Source of the DNA: Octopus sinensis
Lineage: Eukaryota
DNA length: 64,000 nucleotides
Assembly: GCF_006345805.1 (NCBI RefSeq)
Contig: NC_043021.1
Coordinates: 4,960,001 to 5,024,000 of the forward strand
Direction of reading: 5' to 3'
The position numbers were made by a program, and so were the translations under genes. The notes beneath the pieces are model-generated. The model saw nothing but the letters and a program-made list of their open reading frames with translations, had not been told where the DNA came from and made no database searches. Positions 37,527 through 50,362 of the stretch are shown here, piece by piece; positions within the stretch are counted from its first letter, which is position 1, and the number at the start of each line of letters is the position of its first letter.

Positions 37527-37832
37527 AAGGTGGCAGAAACGTTAGCACACTGGGCGAGATGCTTAGCGGTATTTCGTCTGCGTTACGTTGTGAGTTCAAA
37601 TTCCGCCGAGGTCGACTTTGCCTTTCATCCTTTCGGGGTCGATAAATTAAGTACCAGTTACGCACTGGGGTCGATGTAATCGACTTAATACCTATGTCTG
37701 TCCTTGTTTGTCCCCTCTGTGTTTAGCCCCTTGTGGGTAATAAAGAAATAGGTATTTCGTCTGCCGCTATGTTCTGAGTTCAAATTCCGCCGAGGTCGAC
37801 TTTGCCTTTCATCCTTTCGGGGTCGATTAAAT
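37527..37832 (+). mobile_element. SINE family B dimer (second unit truncated)
   Basis: Junction AAATA|GGTATTTCGTC at 37751. Confidence 0.85.
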
Positions 37833-38544
37833 TTGGATTGCATGATTTCTATGACTGGATCCCATTCCTAATGCCAACCACTTTACAGCATGTTGTTTTT
37901 CTTTTTTTCTTTTTGTTTTACTTCACCAGTGGTAGTGACTAGGGCTACAGTAAAGAAGGAGGCAGCTTTCTATTGGAAAATAAAGGGTTAAAATATAAAA
38001 TACAGGGCCAGAACAGAACAGATATCTTGCAGTAGAGAAGCTCTGCAGCTATTCACATTACTGTGGAGAGGGTGAGAATAACCAGGGTAGAGCTGGAAAG
38101 TGAAATAAAGGAGTGGATGAGGTACCATGGGGGGAACCCTCAAGATATTCCAACGGGTACTTTATCAACCCCAGCAAGAATGAAGGACAAGATGGATGCA
38201 TTTTATATTTTAACGTGGGATCATCAGCATCGTTTAACATCCGTTTTCCATGGTAGCACAGGTTGGACAGTTCAGCCGGGGTCTGGGAAGTCAGAAGGCT
38301 GCACCAGGCTCCAGTCTGATCTGGCAGTGTTTCTACAGCTGGATGCCCTTCCTAGCGCCAACCACTCCATGAGTGTAATAAAGTAACCAAATATTTCAAA
38401 ATGTTGTCTGTCACTCAACCAGTTCTGGTGTTCACTGGTATGTCAAAGAAAATGCCTCTACATAGTTGCTTGACTTCATAGAAATAGCAGCCAAGTTTTC
38501 CTCAAATTTCACCCAGTTACCGTGAAATGGGATGGTAATGGATA

Positions 38545-38775
38545 GGCGGCGAGCTGGCAGAATCGTTAGCATGCCGAGCGAAATGCTTATCGGTATTTCG
38601 TCTGACGCTACGTTCTGAGTTCAAATTCTGGCGAGGTCGACTTTGCCTTTCATCCTTTCGGGGTCGATTAAATAACTACCAGTTACGCACTGGGGTCGAT
38701 TTAATCGACTTAATACCTATGTCTGTCCTTGTTTGTCCCCTCTGTGTTTAGCCCCTTGTGGGTAGTAAAGAAATA
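38545..38775 (+). mobile_element. Full-length SINE family B
   Basis: GGCGGCGAGCTGGCAGAATCG...AAAGAAATA. Confidence 0.9.
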
Positions 38776-39039
38776 AGAATATTTGTTATCATAGTTTTGT
38801 TCGGGTACATTTAAATGCGTGTGTTAAGATGGTAGTGTGTGGTTTGAGGGAGATGTGACAGCTGCTTCTTGCAAACTTGTCATGACACCTTTGCTGGATT
38901 GCATAAGAAGTGTTTTTTCTGTGACATTTTTTTTTCTTTCATTTCCCATCTGTTGTCATATAAAGTTTTAAAAATATTCATTTATGTGTTAAAGGTAGCC
39001 TGCTTTAAACTGAGTCACTAGGTAGGTTATGTTACCGAC

Positions 39040-39290
39040 CAAGTATATTCATTTCTGCACATTCTATTTCATATAAGTGTCACTCTTCTGATGGCTTTCC
39101 CTTCCAGAAAATGGTGTATCCACTGCTAGTTTTATTTTATTAAGGACCACAATGTCACTATCTGAGAGTGCTAGCTTCCTAGAGATCAGTGCTAGCCTTC
39201 ATTCCAATTGAAGGGTGATTTTGATTTGTCGGTAGGAGTTTTAATGTTCCAAAAGCCTCATTTCCTGTATTGTTTCTGTCATCTGCCAAA
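39040..39290 (-). mobile_element. Highly decayed RTE endonuclease N-terminus
   Basis: Fragments WNIKT, ALISRKLA...DIVVL and GYTIFWKGKPSEE resemble WNVRT...TALIAREL...DIAAL...GYTFFWKGK. Confidence 0.55.
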
Positions 39291-39459
39291 AAAGCGACTC
39301 CTTCTTTTTATGGGGAGGCAACCAAGGAAGCTGAGACAGGTACTTTGATACCCCGTTTTTAGTTGCTCTCAATGCAGAGTGAGCAGAAGAGATTCTAGAA
39401 AAGACTGTTCAGACTCTCCTGCCAAACAACGCTCCTGTCTTTGATCCAAACGTTTGATG

Positions 39460-39800
39460 AGCATCACGTAATTGATCCAAAGGAGGACTGCGGTCCATAG
39501 ACAGCTTTCAGTGCCTCGTAGAATTTCTTGGTGTCGTGTTTGTCTGCGTATCCCTGAATCTCATCCGCCTTGGCGCTTAACCATGCGTCTTGCATGAGGC
39601 GGAGTTTTGCCTGGACTGTGCTGCGAATGTTGTTGAAAGCAGCCTTCTTTGCCGTGCAGGTGGTGTCATTTTGGTGGGCCCGCAGCAGACGGCGTTTCTC
39701 TTCCAGGAGCTTTTGGATTTCCTGGTCGTTTCCATCGAACCAGTCCTGGTGGTTCCTCGTAATTGCTACCTCTGTGCCGTTTACTGACTTCTGAAGATTA
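39460..39800 (-). mobile_element. RTE LINE linker fragment (relatively well preserved)
   Basis: NHQDWFDGNDQEIQKLLEEKRR...WLSAKADEIQGYADKHDTKKFYEALKAVYGPQSS. Confidence 0.85.
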
Positions 39801-39872
39801 CAGTCCTGTCTTGATTGCATAAGGGCTTTGCGGGAAGTAAGGAATTTAGTGGATGCCTGTGCGTGACTTTAA

Positions 39873-40093
39873 CCCTTTAGCATTTAAACCGGCCATATCC
39901 AGCCAAAAGTATTCTGCCTGTTTTATGTTCAAACTGGCCAGATCTGGTCTCTCACACCAGCCCTACAATATCATTCTAAAAATTAACAGCTACCTCATCA
40001 AAATCTCAAAGCTACAAGGTAATACCTGATTAGTTCAAGGCAATGTGGATAAAAAGGGATTAATTTTGGCAGAATAATGCGAACACTAAAGGG
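39873..40093. mobile_element. piggyBac-like MITE
   Basis: TTAA|CCCTTTAGCATT ... ACACTAAAGGG|TTAA. Related elements at about 36693-37083, 54645-54850 and 61024-61674 (the first and last carry nested SINEs). Confidence 0.85.
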
Positions 40094-40439
40094 TTAAGTG
40101 TGAAGAAGTTGTAGATCAGTAATCACACTCTGTTGGCTAAATTGCTATGAATCCTAGACAACTGGATGTTGTAAACTGTCACAGCTATTCAAAGTATAAA
40201 TTCCACCTTTCCCTGTTCCACCAGTTTTGAATTTCACTGTACCTCTGGTATTAGCATTCACTCAAGATGCTGCTTTCAGACTTTGAAGGGCAACAGTGAC
40301 TCTAATGGGCTCTTTCACAGTTTCGCTCTAGAGAGTATTCTGCCCTATACCCATTCATTGATGTATTCGCACCTCACATTTGATGCAGACACAGAAGTTA
40401 AAACAGAATTTTATTTTAAATAAAAGCCCATTTGAGAAA

Positions 40440-41750
40440 CTAGCTGCCCTACATAAGAGGTTTCTTAAGCACAACTAATGTCATTTACAGTCCCTGTTGA
40501 ACAGGTTCAATACCAGTTGGATCACAAGATGATGCCAAACTTATAAAGGAACAAACAGCTATCAACAACTGATGGAAATAACATTTCATAGGTTTGCTTA
40601 ATTGCAACAGAAGTTAATAGATCCCTAGGACAACAGCACACTAAGTTGAGTGATGAAGAATTTTAGCTGCTCTGCCTGATGTTGCAAACGCTAAAATATT
40701 TTCTGTTTCTTGAAAAAACAAGGCACTTGGGTCCAATAAGATACTGGCCGAGATGCATAAAGTTGGAAATGTATTACTTTTGTTAATCTGGATGTGAGAA
40801 AAGGTACCGAGTGCTCTTGGAGATGCAGCTATTTTTATCATCACAAGATCTTTTAGGCCATAGCAATTACAAAAGAATCTTAGTTTGTGTCAACTGTTGG
40901 AAGAAATTCTAACTATGGTTGCTCAACCCTATCAGAGCCTTGCCCGCCTTTATCTCAATCTGCTTTTCAATTTTTCAGAGGCACTATTGATATGATTTGA
41001 ATTTGCCAGTTCCAGGAGTAATACAGTATCAACAAACATTTGTTGAGCAGGATTTCTTCTGACCTCACCAAGGTATTTAATTCCATGAATCATGAAACTC
41101 TGTGAGAAGTGCTAGCCAAACTTTGTTGCCCACAAAAATTCATTGCAATCACACAGCTTCTACGTTACCTGGAAACTGAGGTGCATTGTTTGCACAGCAG
41201 ATTAGTTTGTTGTGTGAACAGGAGTAAGGTAGGGGTACATAATTAGCCCAATGCTGTTTTTCATTTTAGCCTCAGTTGTGCTCACATTCGGCTTGGGGAA
41301 AACTCCCACCTGATACCCAGATCCTATATTGCACAGATTAACAAGCTAGTCAACTCTGGCAGAACTCTGAATCAGAACAAAAGCCACAACTCTGCCAGTA
41401 TTTGAACTTTAGTACACACATAATATTACACACAATTTCTGACGTTTTCATTGATGCATATCAGAGCTTATGTTTAACTTTCAACATAAAATGAAGGTCT
41501 TACATCAAGCAGAAATCCTGTCCAACTTTCCAGGTACATGAGCAGACAGTGGAGAATGACTTGTACTCCCAATATCTGTGACTGGTTGTCACCTATCACA
41601 GAACACATATTAATGGGAAGATTCAGCAAGATAAAATGTGCCAGCACAACCTTTGGCCATCTGAGAAAACAGGTATTTGAGGACCATAAGACCTGAGATA
41701 ACAAAACTTAGGTAGTTGCTCTACTCACTTCACTATATCATTATGAAATC
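40440..41750 (+). mobile_element. Old, heavily decayed RTE ORF2 (RT region)
   Basis: Fragments NKALGSNKILAEMHKVG, GTIDMI, DLTKVFNSMNHETL*EVLAKLCCPQKFIAI and KCASTTFGHLRKQVF occur in RTE order. Confidence 0.75.
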
Positions 41751-42569
41751 TAAACAAGTTACATAGGACATCTGAAGTGTCTGGAAGAAATTATATACAT
41801 CCAGTGGAGGGAGGAATGCTTATAGATGGAGAATGCCATTCTGCCTATATCCCTTGTGATTATGCAGTGACATCATCTTTGTCTGGAATGACCAACCATC
41901 AATTGGTCAAACAACCATTTTGCTCTCATCTGAATAAAGAAAAGCACTCTGAAGGGGGACCAAAGAAGCAATTTGAATGAGTGGCAAATAGTTAATGTGA
42001 GTGCGTGAATTGGCAGAATTACTCGAGAACTGGATTAGAATGCCTCTCTGCATTCATCATCGTTTAACGTCCGTTTTCCATGCTAGCATAGGCTGGACGG
42101 TTCGACTGGAGTCTGGGAAGCCAGGAGGCTGTACCAGGCTCCAGTCTGATCTGGCAGTGTTTCTACAGCTGGATGCCCTTCCTAACGCCAACCACTCTGT
42201 GAGTGTAGTGGGTGCATTTTACATGCCACCGGCACAGGTATCACAATAACAATTTCCATTTGATCTTTTGATGTTGATGTTCAATTCTAAGTTCAAATTA
42301 TACCAAGATCAACTTTGCCTTTCGTCCTTTCAGGGTTGATAAAATACAAGTTACACAGAAGGTTGGTAGTACTGTAAGAGCATGTTCATGGATATCTTGT
42401 TTCAGCTATTCTTTGCATTGTGAGTTCAAACTCTGCTGTGCTTTTACTTGGATGATGGAGATTAATCCTGCATCCTGTTTAACACCATCATCTCACTTTT
42501 GGGTGTCTTGTCCAGTTTGAGGATACTTTCTCTTCCTTCCACCAGTTTTGCAGACCCTGAAATGGGTCT

Positions 42570-42935
42570 ACTTACTTACATGTACTTGAGGTGACATTCA
42601 CCCTGGGCGGGTTGAGTCGGCTTCTTCCACCACCCTTGAGGCATCTTGAACCATGGCAGTGGAAGAAGTTTTGTGGGAATATGAATTTCACAAGCGGTCC
42701 CCAACAATCCCGCATGTAGAGACATCCTGTTTGCCGCAGATTGTCCGCAGACACAGGGACAGAACGACCGAGGAGCTGCCAGTTGCCGAAACAGACACTG
42801 AGGATTTTCACCAGAGCCCCGTGTCTGCCAGGTTATGGCCCTAATACCACTCGGTGTCAGACGAATCTACCTTGGGTGGCCCTACCAGGAACCAAAGTTC
42901 CTGACGGCATAGCTCAAACGGGTCAGGGACACTGC
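42570..42935 (+). mobile_element. Probable RTE-type 5' UTR fragment
   Basis: GC-balanced block ending GGGTGGCCCTACCAGGAACCAAAGTTCCTGACGGCATAGCTC, similar from memory to RTE 5' UTR leaders; contains a CTTCTTCCAC/GTGGAAGAAG stem. Confidence 0.45.
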
Positions 42936-43127
42936 TTTCTCTCTTGACTAAAAGAGACACTGACAGAAAGACGGGTCATGATAGGAGTTCACGTAGAAAC
43001 TGAATCCCATTGACAAATGTGAGTACAGAAACTAGTGCAAATCAACCAATAGACTTCCTTTTCTACAAAAGGACTCACCAATCCCACTTTGGCCTAATTA
43101 GTCAATGGTAGGTCTACAGGACATATC

Positions 43128-43648
43128 TATACATGTGTTCCTCTACCAACTTTGTTTCCTCATAACTTTCAGAAACATGAATATTTTTAAATGAGATTTT
43201 CTACAAATACCTTTCAGATGGTGTAGTTTAGGATTATATTGGAATTAAATCTGGAGAAAAAAAAAACAAAAAGCAGAAGTGCACATACATCTACACTAAC
43301 ACACATTACGATATATTACGAAATTTCAAGTTAGATTTTTTTTTGTTTGTGCATGTATGCTCGTGTATGTATGTATGTGTGTGTGTGCACGCCAACTTTT
43401 TTTTTTTGCCATATTAAATTCTGATATAATCATAATCTCCACCATCTGAAAGGTTACAAATGTCATTAAAAATACCCTTTTTTTCCCCCCTGGAAGTTAT
43501 GAGAAAACAGTTGCTTCATGTGAATTTTCCAAAACCCCTTTCTCCCTCCACCATCAGAAAATTATACGTATCTGAAAATTTTATTAAAAAGAATTTTTTT
43601 TTTTTCAAAATTATGGGGAAACAGAAGTCGCTGTGACTCACATGTGTA
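43128..43648. mobile_element. Degenerate TA-flanked MITE (Tc1/mariner-like)
   Basis: Left TACATGTGTTCC...TTTGTTTCCTCATAACT resembles the reverse complement of right AATTATGGGGAAACAGAAG...CACATGTGTA. Confidence 0.45.
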
Positions 43649-43924
43649 GGTATGCCGTCTCCAGAAGTTAAAACTGGTGAACGATCTCAATCCCAAGAAA
43701 TTGTTGATGATCTTATTATATTCTTTATTTATTAATTTATACTGAAATTATTGTGTTTTTCGTTTGATTTGTACGAAATAGAAATGTAGTCGATCTGAAC
43801 TGCGAATTATTACAAGGGAGTTAACTCTGTTCCGAATACTGTGGAGTTATGATCCTTTGTCTTTTCAGAAACGAGCACTACGCTCATTGTTCGTTGTATG
43901 TGTATGAATGGCTTATAATCTGTG

Positions 43925-44250
43925 GAATTGAGACATGGGTTCTGAGTGCAGAAGACCTGTGTAGACTAGAGAGGAATGAAGCTGGTATGCTGAAGAGGAA
44001 TTAGATGCAGCCTACAAGTGAGAAGGCTATGCAGGTTTGGACATGCGATGCATATGAATGAAGGCTGCTGTTTAAAGTAGATGGCAGCTGTGAAAGATGG
44101 AGACCCAGGAAAACCTGGAATCAAGTAGTGACGACCAATCTCGAGATGTTGACCCCCCACAAAGGAGATGACAATGAATCGAGATGTCTGGCAATATGAG
44201 GTTCTAGAGAAGACCTGCCCAACTCAGTGGAACCGAGTTCTAGAAGCACT
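43925..44250 (+). mobile_element. Decayed RTE 3' end
   Basis: ETWVLSAEDLCRLERNEAGML, RRLCRFGHAMHM, RPRKTWNQVV and EMTMNRDVW. Confidence 0.75.
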
Positions 44251-45698
44251 GTGTGTTCCATACAACATTAAATTTTTCACATTTTACCACACTCTTCCCT
44301 AATAAATCACATTACATCTCCCCTTTTCGTCTTCCCCATACTTCCTCTTTTGTCATGCACTACGCTCATCTCTTCCACCCCACTCCTGCAGCCCAATCTT
44401 GTCCTTCTTGCCCTGTCCAATGTAGTACCATTGCTATTTTTTTGCCCCCACCCCTCTATATACCCGGGTTTCACCAGCCACTGCATTATCCCCCTTCCCA
44501 ACTCTGCATTCAAGTGAACTTCCTATTCATGCACCCTTAACAATGCTCTACATCCCATTTCTATTCTCATCCCTGTACCTTGAGAATATGCCCCGGCACA
44601 TCACCATCATCTCTCTCATTCTCTTCCACCCTCACTCTCTCTCATTTTTATTTATCACTCTCTCTCTCTCTTCCCTCCAACAGTGGTAACCATGTATCTT
44701 CTCTATAGCTTCTCTCCTGTCAGGCTCATAATCTCGTCACCATGCACAAAGACACCTCATCCAGTACTCCTCTCCCCCTCAAAGGACCTTTGTCTTGCAA
44801 GTTGTATGGTGACCTTGCCAGTGTTGGTGTCATGTAAAAAGCAGCCAACCCATTCTGTAAAGTGGTTGGTGTTAGGAAGGGCATTCAAGCCCTAAAAACT
44901 ATTCCAAAACATACACTGGAGCTTGGTGTAGTCCTCTGGCTTGCCAGCATGAAAAACAAACAGTAAATGATGATGATGATTACATATATATATATATCAT
45001 CATCATCATTTAACGTCCGTTTTCCGCACTGGCACGGGTTGGACGGTTCGACTGGGGTCCAGTCTTGATCTGGCAGTGTTTCTACAGCTGGATGCCCTTC
45101 CTAACGCCAACCACTCCGCAAGTGTAGTGGGTGCTTTTTACGTGCCACCTGCACAGGTGCCAGGGGGGTCTGGCATCGGCCACGATCGGTTAGTGCTTTT
45201 AATGTGCCACCAGCACGGAAGCCAGCCAAGGCGGCACTGGCATTGGCCACATTTGGATGGTGCTTTTTATGTGCCACCGGCACAGAAGCCAGTCGCGGTG
45301 GCGCTGGCATCGGCCACATATATATATATCGTCGTCATCATCATCATCATTTAGCGTCCGTTTTCCATGCTAGCATGGGTTGGACGGTTCAACTGGGGTC
45401 TGTGAAGCCAGAAGGCTGCATCAGGCCCAGTCTGATCTGGCAGTGTTTCTACGGCTGGATGCCCTTCCTAACGCCAACCACTCCGCGAGTGTAGTGGGTG
45501 CTTTTTACGTGCCACCGGCACGGGGGCCAGGCGAGGCTGGCAACGGCCACGAACGGATGGTGCTTTTACGTGCCACCAGCACGGAGGCCAGTCAGGGTGG
45601 CACTGGTATCACAGCCGCAATTTCCATTGATGTTGATCGACTTCGATTTTGGTTCTGCTTTCTGATATCTGATTTGATTTTGATATTTTGATATTTTG

Positions 45699-45743
<45 letters not shown>

Positions 45744-46209
45744 AATCAAGGAGATTATATAAATGACTAGCAGCTAAGCCCAGTTTCACCCGGTTAGAGA
45801 ATGAGGCAAAGAGGAAAACGAAGACATCAGAAAAAAAAAAAGTAGTGGCCATGAAGTGTTGTTTGGGCAACACACACACACACACATACATATGTACATA
45901 CATACACACACACATACATGTGTGGCTGCACTTATTTATTTATCAAATATCTATATTTTGATTGGAGAGATCTCTAGTTGTCACCTGATCTATCTTTTTT
46001 TTTTTTTCCCTCTCTATCTCTTCCACCTCTTAAAAAAAAAATCATTATTATTATTATTATTATTTGTGTTATTACTATTGTTTGCTATTAGTGTTATTTT
46101 TACTGTCTGTTGTTATTAGTGTTGTTATTAGTATTGTTATTTAAATTTCTAAATTTAAGAGATTGAGTCATATGAACTTGCAGACACTTTCTCTTTTTTC
46201 CCCCCATGA

Positions 46210-46243
<34 letters not shown>

Positions 46244-46369
46244 GTCACTAGTCAAACAGGTCACTGAATTCATTGCAACTAAGGTTATGCGGAGGTTTTT
46301 ACTGCTGTACATTTTAAATGCTTTTGAAAGGTGCTAAATAAGATAGATTCTGAATTTTATGGTATCTTA

Positions 46370-46670
46370 GTGGTTTCTTTCTTTCTCTCTCTCTGCCAAT
46401 CTCTCTCTCTCTCTCTCTCCTCCCCCTTTCTCTGTTTCTCTCTTTTTTCCTTTTTCCTCCCTCTCTCTGCCTTGTTCTTCCTCCCTCTCTCCCCTCTTCG
46501 TCTTGCTCTTCCTCCCTCTGATTTTCTCTCCCTCTGCCTCTCCTCACTTTCTCTTCCCCTCCCTCTCTCCTTCCCTCTCTCTCCCTCCTTCCTTCCCTCT
46601 CTCCCCTCCCTCCCTCCCCCTCTCTCCCTCTCTGCCTCTCTCTCCTTCCCTCCCTCTCCCTCTCCTCACT
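46370..46670. repeat. CT-rich low-complexity tract
   Basis: Direct reading. Confidence 0.9.
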
Positions 46671-47775
46671 TTCAACAGACACTACCTTCACAAAACAACA
46701 TGAGCCAGCAAAGGAGCCACCATGTATGTGCTCAGCTGCTGGAAATAGCCAAATCATTCTCCCATCCGAAAAAGAAAGAAAAAAAAGGCAACATATATCG
46801 AATACTGTAGTCTTGGACACACTTAGCCAACTAATAACAAAAAATGGGATGATCATAGGTAGAATCTCTTTTGATCATAGATTTGTTCATTTGAGACAGT
46901 CCTAGGGCTAAGCAACATCTAACAAACTTTCAAGTTTCATAACTTATCATTTTCTCAAGACATTTATGTTCATTTAGTCAGAATAAGGGAGCTAGAAATA
47001 GCAGTTAAATATTCCTAAAATTTACACCCGTCGGTTTTATTCTTAATACCAAAACACTTCAGACTGCTCCTATTGAGTAAAGTACATCAACATCAAATCA
47101 AATGAAAATTGAAGTTGTCAACCCCATACTGGTAGCACGTAAAAAGCACCATCCGAATGTAGCCAATGCCAATGCCACTTTGACTGGCTTCTGTGCCGGT
47201 GGCATGTAAAAAGCACCAACTAATCGTGGCCATTGCAAGCCTCCCCTGGCACGTAAAAAGCACCAACCGATCGTGGCCGTTGCAAGCCTCACCTGGCACA
47301 TAAAAAGCACCCACTACACTCACGGAGTGGTTGGCGTTAGGAAGGGCATCCAGCCGTAGAAACACTGCCAGATCAAGACTGGATCCTGGTGCAGCCTCCT
47401 GGCTTCCCAGACCCCAGTCAAACCGTCCAACCCATGCTAGCATGGAAAGCGGACATTAAACGATGATGATGATAATGATGATGACGGGCTTCTTCCAGCT
47501 TTTGCCTACCAAATCCACTCACAACGCTATAAGCAGAAGACACTTACCCAAGGTGAATCTGGAGGTGGGACTGAACCTGGAACCATATGGTTGGGAAGCA
47601 AGCTTCTTACAACACTGCCACATTTTAATTTCATCAATGAATCTGATACAAAACAGTTTACAACCAAATTTAACGGATCTCTGTATTTATAGCCATGAAC
47701 TTCTCCATCAAGTTGAGTTTGCTCTTTTTCCGTGAGTGTGAGTAAGTGGTTATTCTAAGTAAGTGGTTATTCTAA

Positions 47776-48005
47776 GGCGGCGAGCTGGCAGAAACATTAG
47801 CACGCCGGGCGAAATGCTTAGCGGTATTTCGTCTGCTGCTACGTTCTGAGTTCAAATTCCACCGAAGTCGACTTTGCCTTTCATCCTTTCGGGGTCGATA
47901 AATTAAGTACCAGTTACGCACTGGAGTCGATGTAATCGACTTAATCCGTTTGTCTGTACTTGTTTCCCCACTCTGTGTTTAGCCCCGTGTGGGTAGTAAA
48001 GAAAT
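47776..48005 (+). mobile_element. Full-length SINE family B with TSD
   Basis: GGTTATTCTAA(G) at 47765 and 48007. Confidence 0.9.
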
Positions 48006-49553
48006 GGGTTATTCTAAGTACAATAATACTTCTATGTCTATGCAGTTGTGATATCTTGAGGTTTTGCTTTCTTTACCATTCTTTAATGTGTTGACAGCAA
48101 CCCTAAGTTAAATATTTTAGTTATTTTCTTTAACTCCTCCCATTACACAGTTTTTTTTTTTTTGTGGGGTGAGCTTCAATATTATTTGTTTGCTTATTGA
48201 TAAGGTCAGTGACTTTTAATTAATTTTTTTTTACATTTTTCAAGAGGAAGAAAGGGGTAGATAACTATCTGGAGCTATTTATGGTCTCTTTGATAGAAAA
48301 CTGGAAAACTGGGTGATGTTACCATGGTAACTGAACATTTATATTGCTATATTTAAATGTGTGTGTGTGTGTGTGTGTGTGTGAGCTGGTGGAATCACTA
48401 GCGCACAGGACAAAGTTCTTAGTAGCACTTCTGGCTTTATGTTTTGAGTTCAAATTCCACCGAGGTTGACTTTGCCTTTCATTCTTTTGGGGTCAGTGAA
48501 ATAAGTACCAGCTGTAGATTGGAGTTGGTGTAGTCAACTAGCCCCCGTCCCACAAAATTTCAGGCTTTGTGCCAGCTCTGCCTTGACTGACTTCCGTGCC
48601 GGTGGCACGTAAAAAGCACCAATCCAATCATGGCCGTTGCCAGCCTAGCCTGGCACATAAAAAGCACCCACTACACTTACAGAGTGGTTGGCGTTAGGAA
48701 GGGCATCCAGCTGTAGAAACACTGCCAGATCAGACTGGAGCCTGGTGCAGCCTCCTGGCTTCCCAGATCCCCGGTCAAACCGTCCAACCCATGCTAGCAT
48801 GGAGAACGGACGTTAAACGATGATGATGATATGCCTTTTGCAGAAAGTAGAAAGGATATATATTGAATGTAAGGACATTTTGCTTGCAAGCAAATTGTTC
48901 TTGCCTCATGATGTATGTTAGCAGCTTGATCTGACAGAGATAGCTCTTTTACTCTTTTACTTGTTTCAGTCATTAGACTGTGGCCATGCTGGAGCACCAC
49001 CTTTAGTCGAGCAAATCAACCCCAGGACTTATTCTTTGTAAGCCTAGTACTTATTATATCGGATCTCTTTTGCCAAACCGCTAAGTTACGGGGACGTAAA
49101 CACACCTTGCTTAAAAACAGGTGAGGATTGGCAACAGGAAAGGCATCCTGTCTGCAGAAAATCTACCCCTGACAAATTCTTTCATGGAAAAGTGGATGTT
49201 AAAATATTGAGGATGATGATATCCTCCTTTAGCTGGAAGCAGGAGAGGTAAATAGGCATCACCAGGTTGTAATGATATAAAAATAAACACCCAAACATTT
49301 AATTGGACCATGAATGAAGAGGTATTCTCTCTGGGTGGAGTGTACATTCGCTAAGTGGGTTGTTTTGTTCCCTAACAATGACAGTTGAAGTGGACTGTTA
49401 GTAGAGACAACTAATGTAATAGTATAAAACTGGATACTTATTTTAGTTTTGGTGACAGTCATATTACAAAGACAGTTCTTAACCATTTCATTACTATGTT
49501 TCCATGAAAATGCACCTGCATCTGTTTTAATTTATTTTGAAAATAACAAAATA

Positions 49554-49908
49554 GGCGCAGGAGTGGCTGTGTGGTAAGTAGCTTGCTAACCAACCACATG
49601 GTTCCGGGTTCAGTCCCACTGCGTGGCACCTTGGGCAAGTGTCTTCTGCTATAGCCCCGGGCCGACCAATGCCTTGTGAGTGGATTTGGTAGACAGAAAC
49701 TGAAAGAAGCCTGTCGTATATATATATATATATTATATAGGCGCAGGAGTGGCTGTGTGGTAAGTAGCTTGCTAACCAACCACATGGTTCCGGGTTCAGT
49801 CCCACTGCTTGGCACCTTGGGCAAGTGTCTTCTGCTATAGCCCCGGGCCGACCAATGCCTTGTGAGTGGATTTGGTAGACGGAGACTGAAAGAAGCCTGT
49901 CGTATATA

Positions 49909-49946
<38 letters not shown>

Positions 49947-50362
49947 CGCAGGAGTGGCTGTGTGGTAAGTAGCTTGCTAACCAACCACATGGTTCCGGGT
50001 TCAGTCCCACTGCGTGGCACCTTGGGCAAGTGCCTTCTACTACAGCCCCGGGCCGACCAATGCCTTGTGAGTGGATTTGGTAGACGGAAACTGAAAGAAG
50101 CCTGTCGTATATATATATGTATATGTATATATATATAAGTGTGTGTGTGTATATGTTTGTGTGTCTGTGTTTGTCCCCATAGCATTGCTTGACAACCGAT
50201 GCTGGTGTGTTTACATCCCCGTCACTTAGCGGTTCGGCAAAAGAGACCGATAGAATAAGTACTGGGCTGACAAAGAATAAGTCCCGGCGTCGATTTGCTC
50301 GACTAAAGGCGGTGCTCCAGCATGGCCGCAGTCAAATGACTGAAACAAGTAAAAGAGTAAAG
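49554..50362 (+). mobile_element. SINE family A with triplicated head
   Basis: Heads start at 49554, 49740 and 49945, separated by TA tracts; a single tail ends ...GAAACAAGTAAAAGAGTAAA. Confidence 0.92.
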
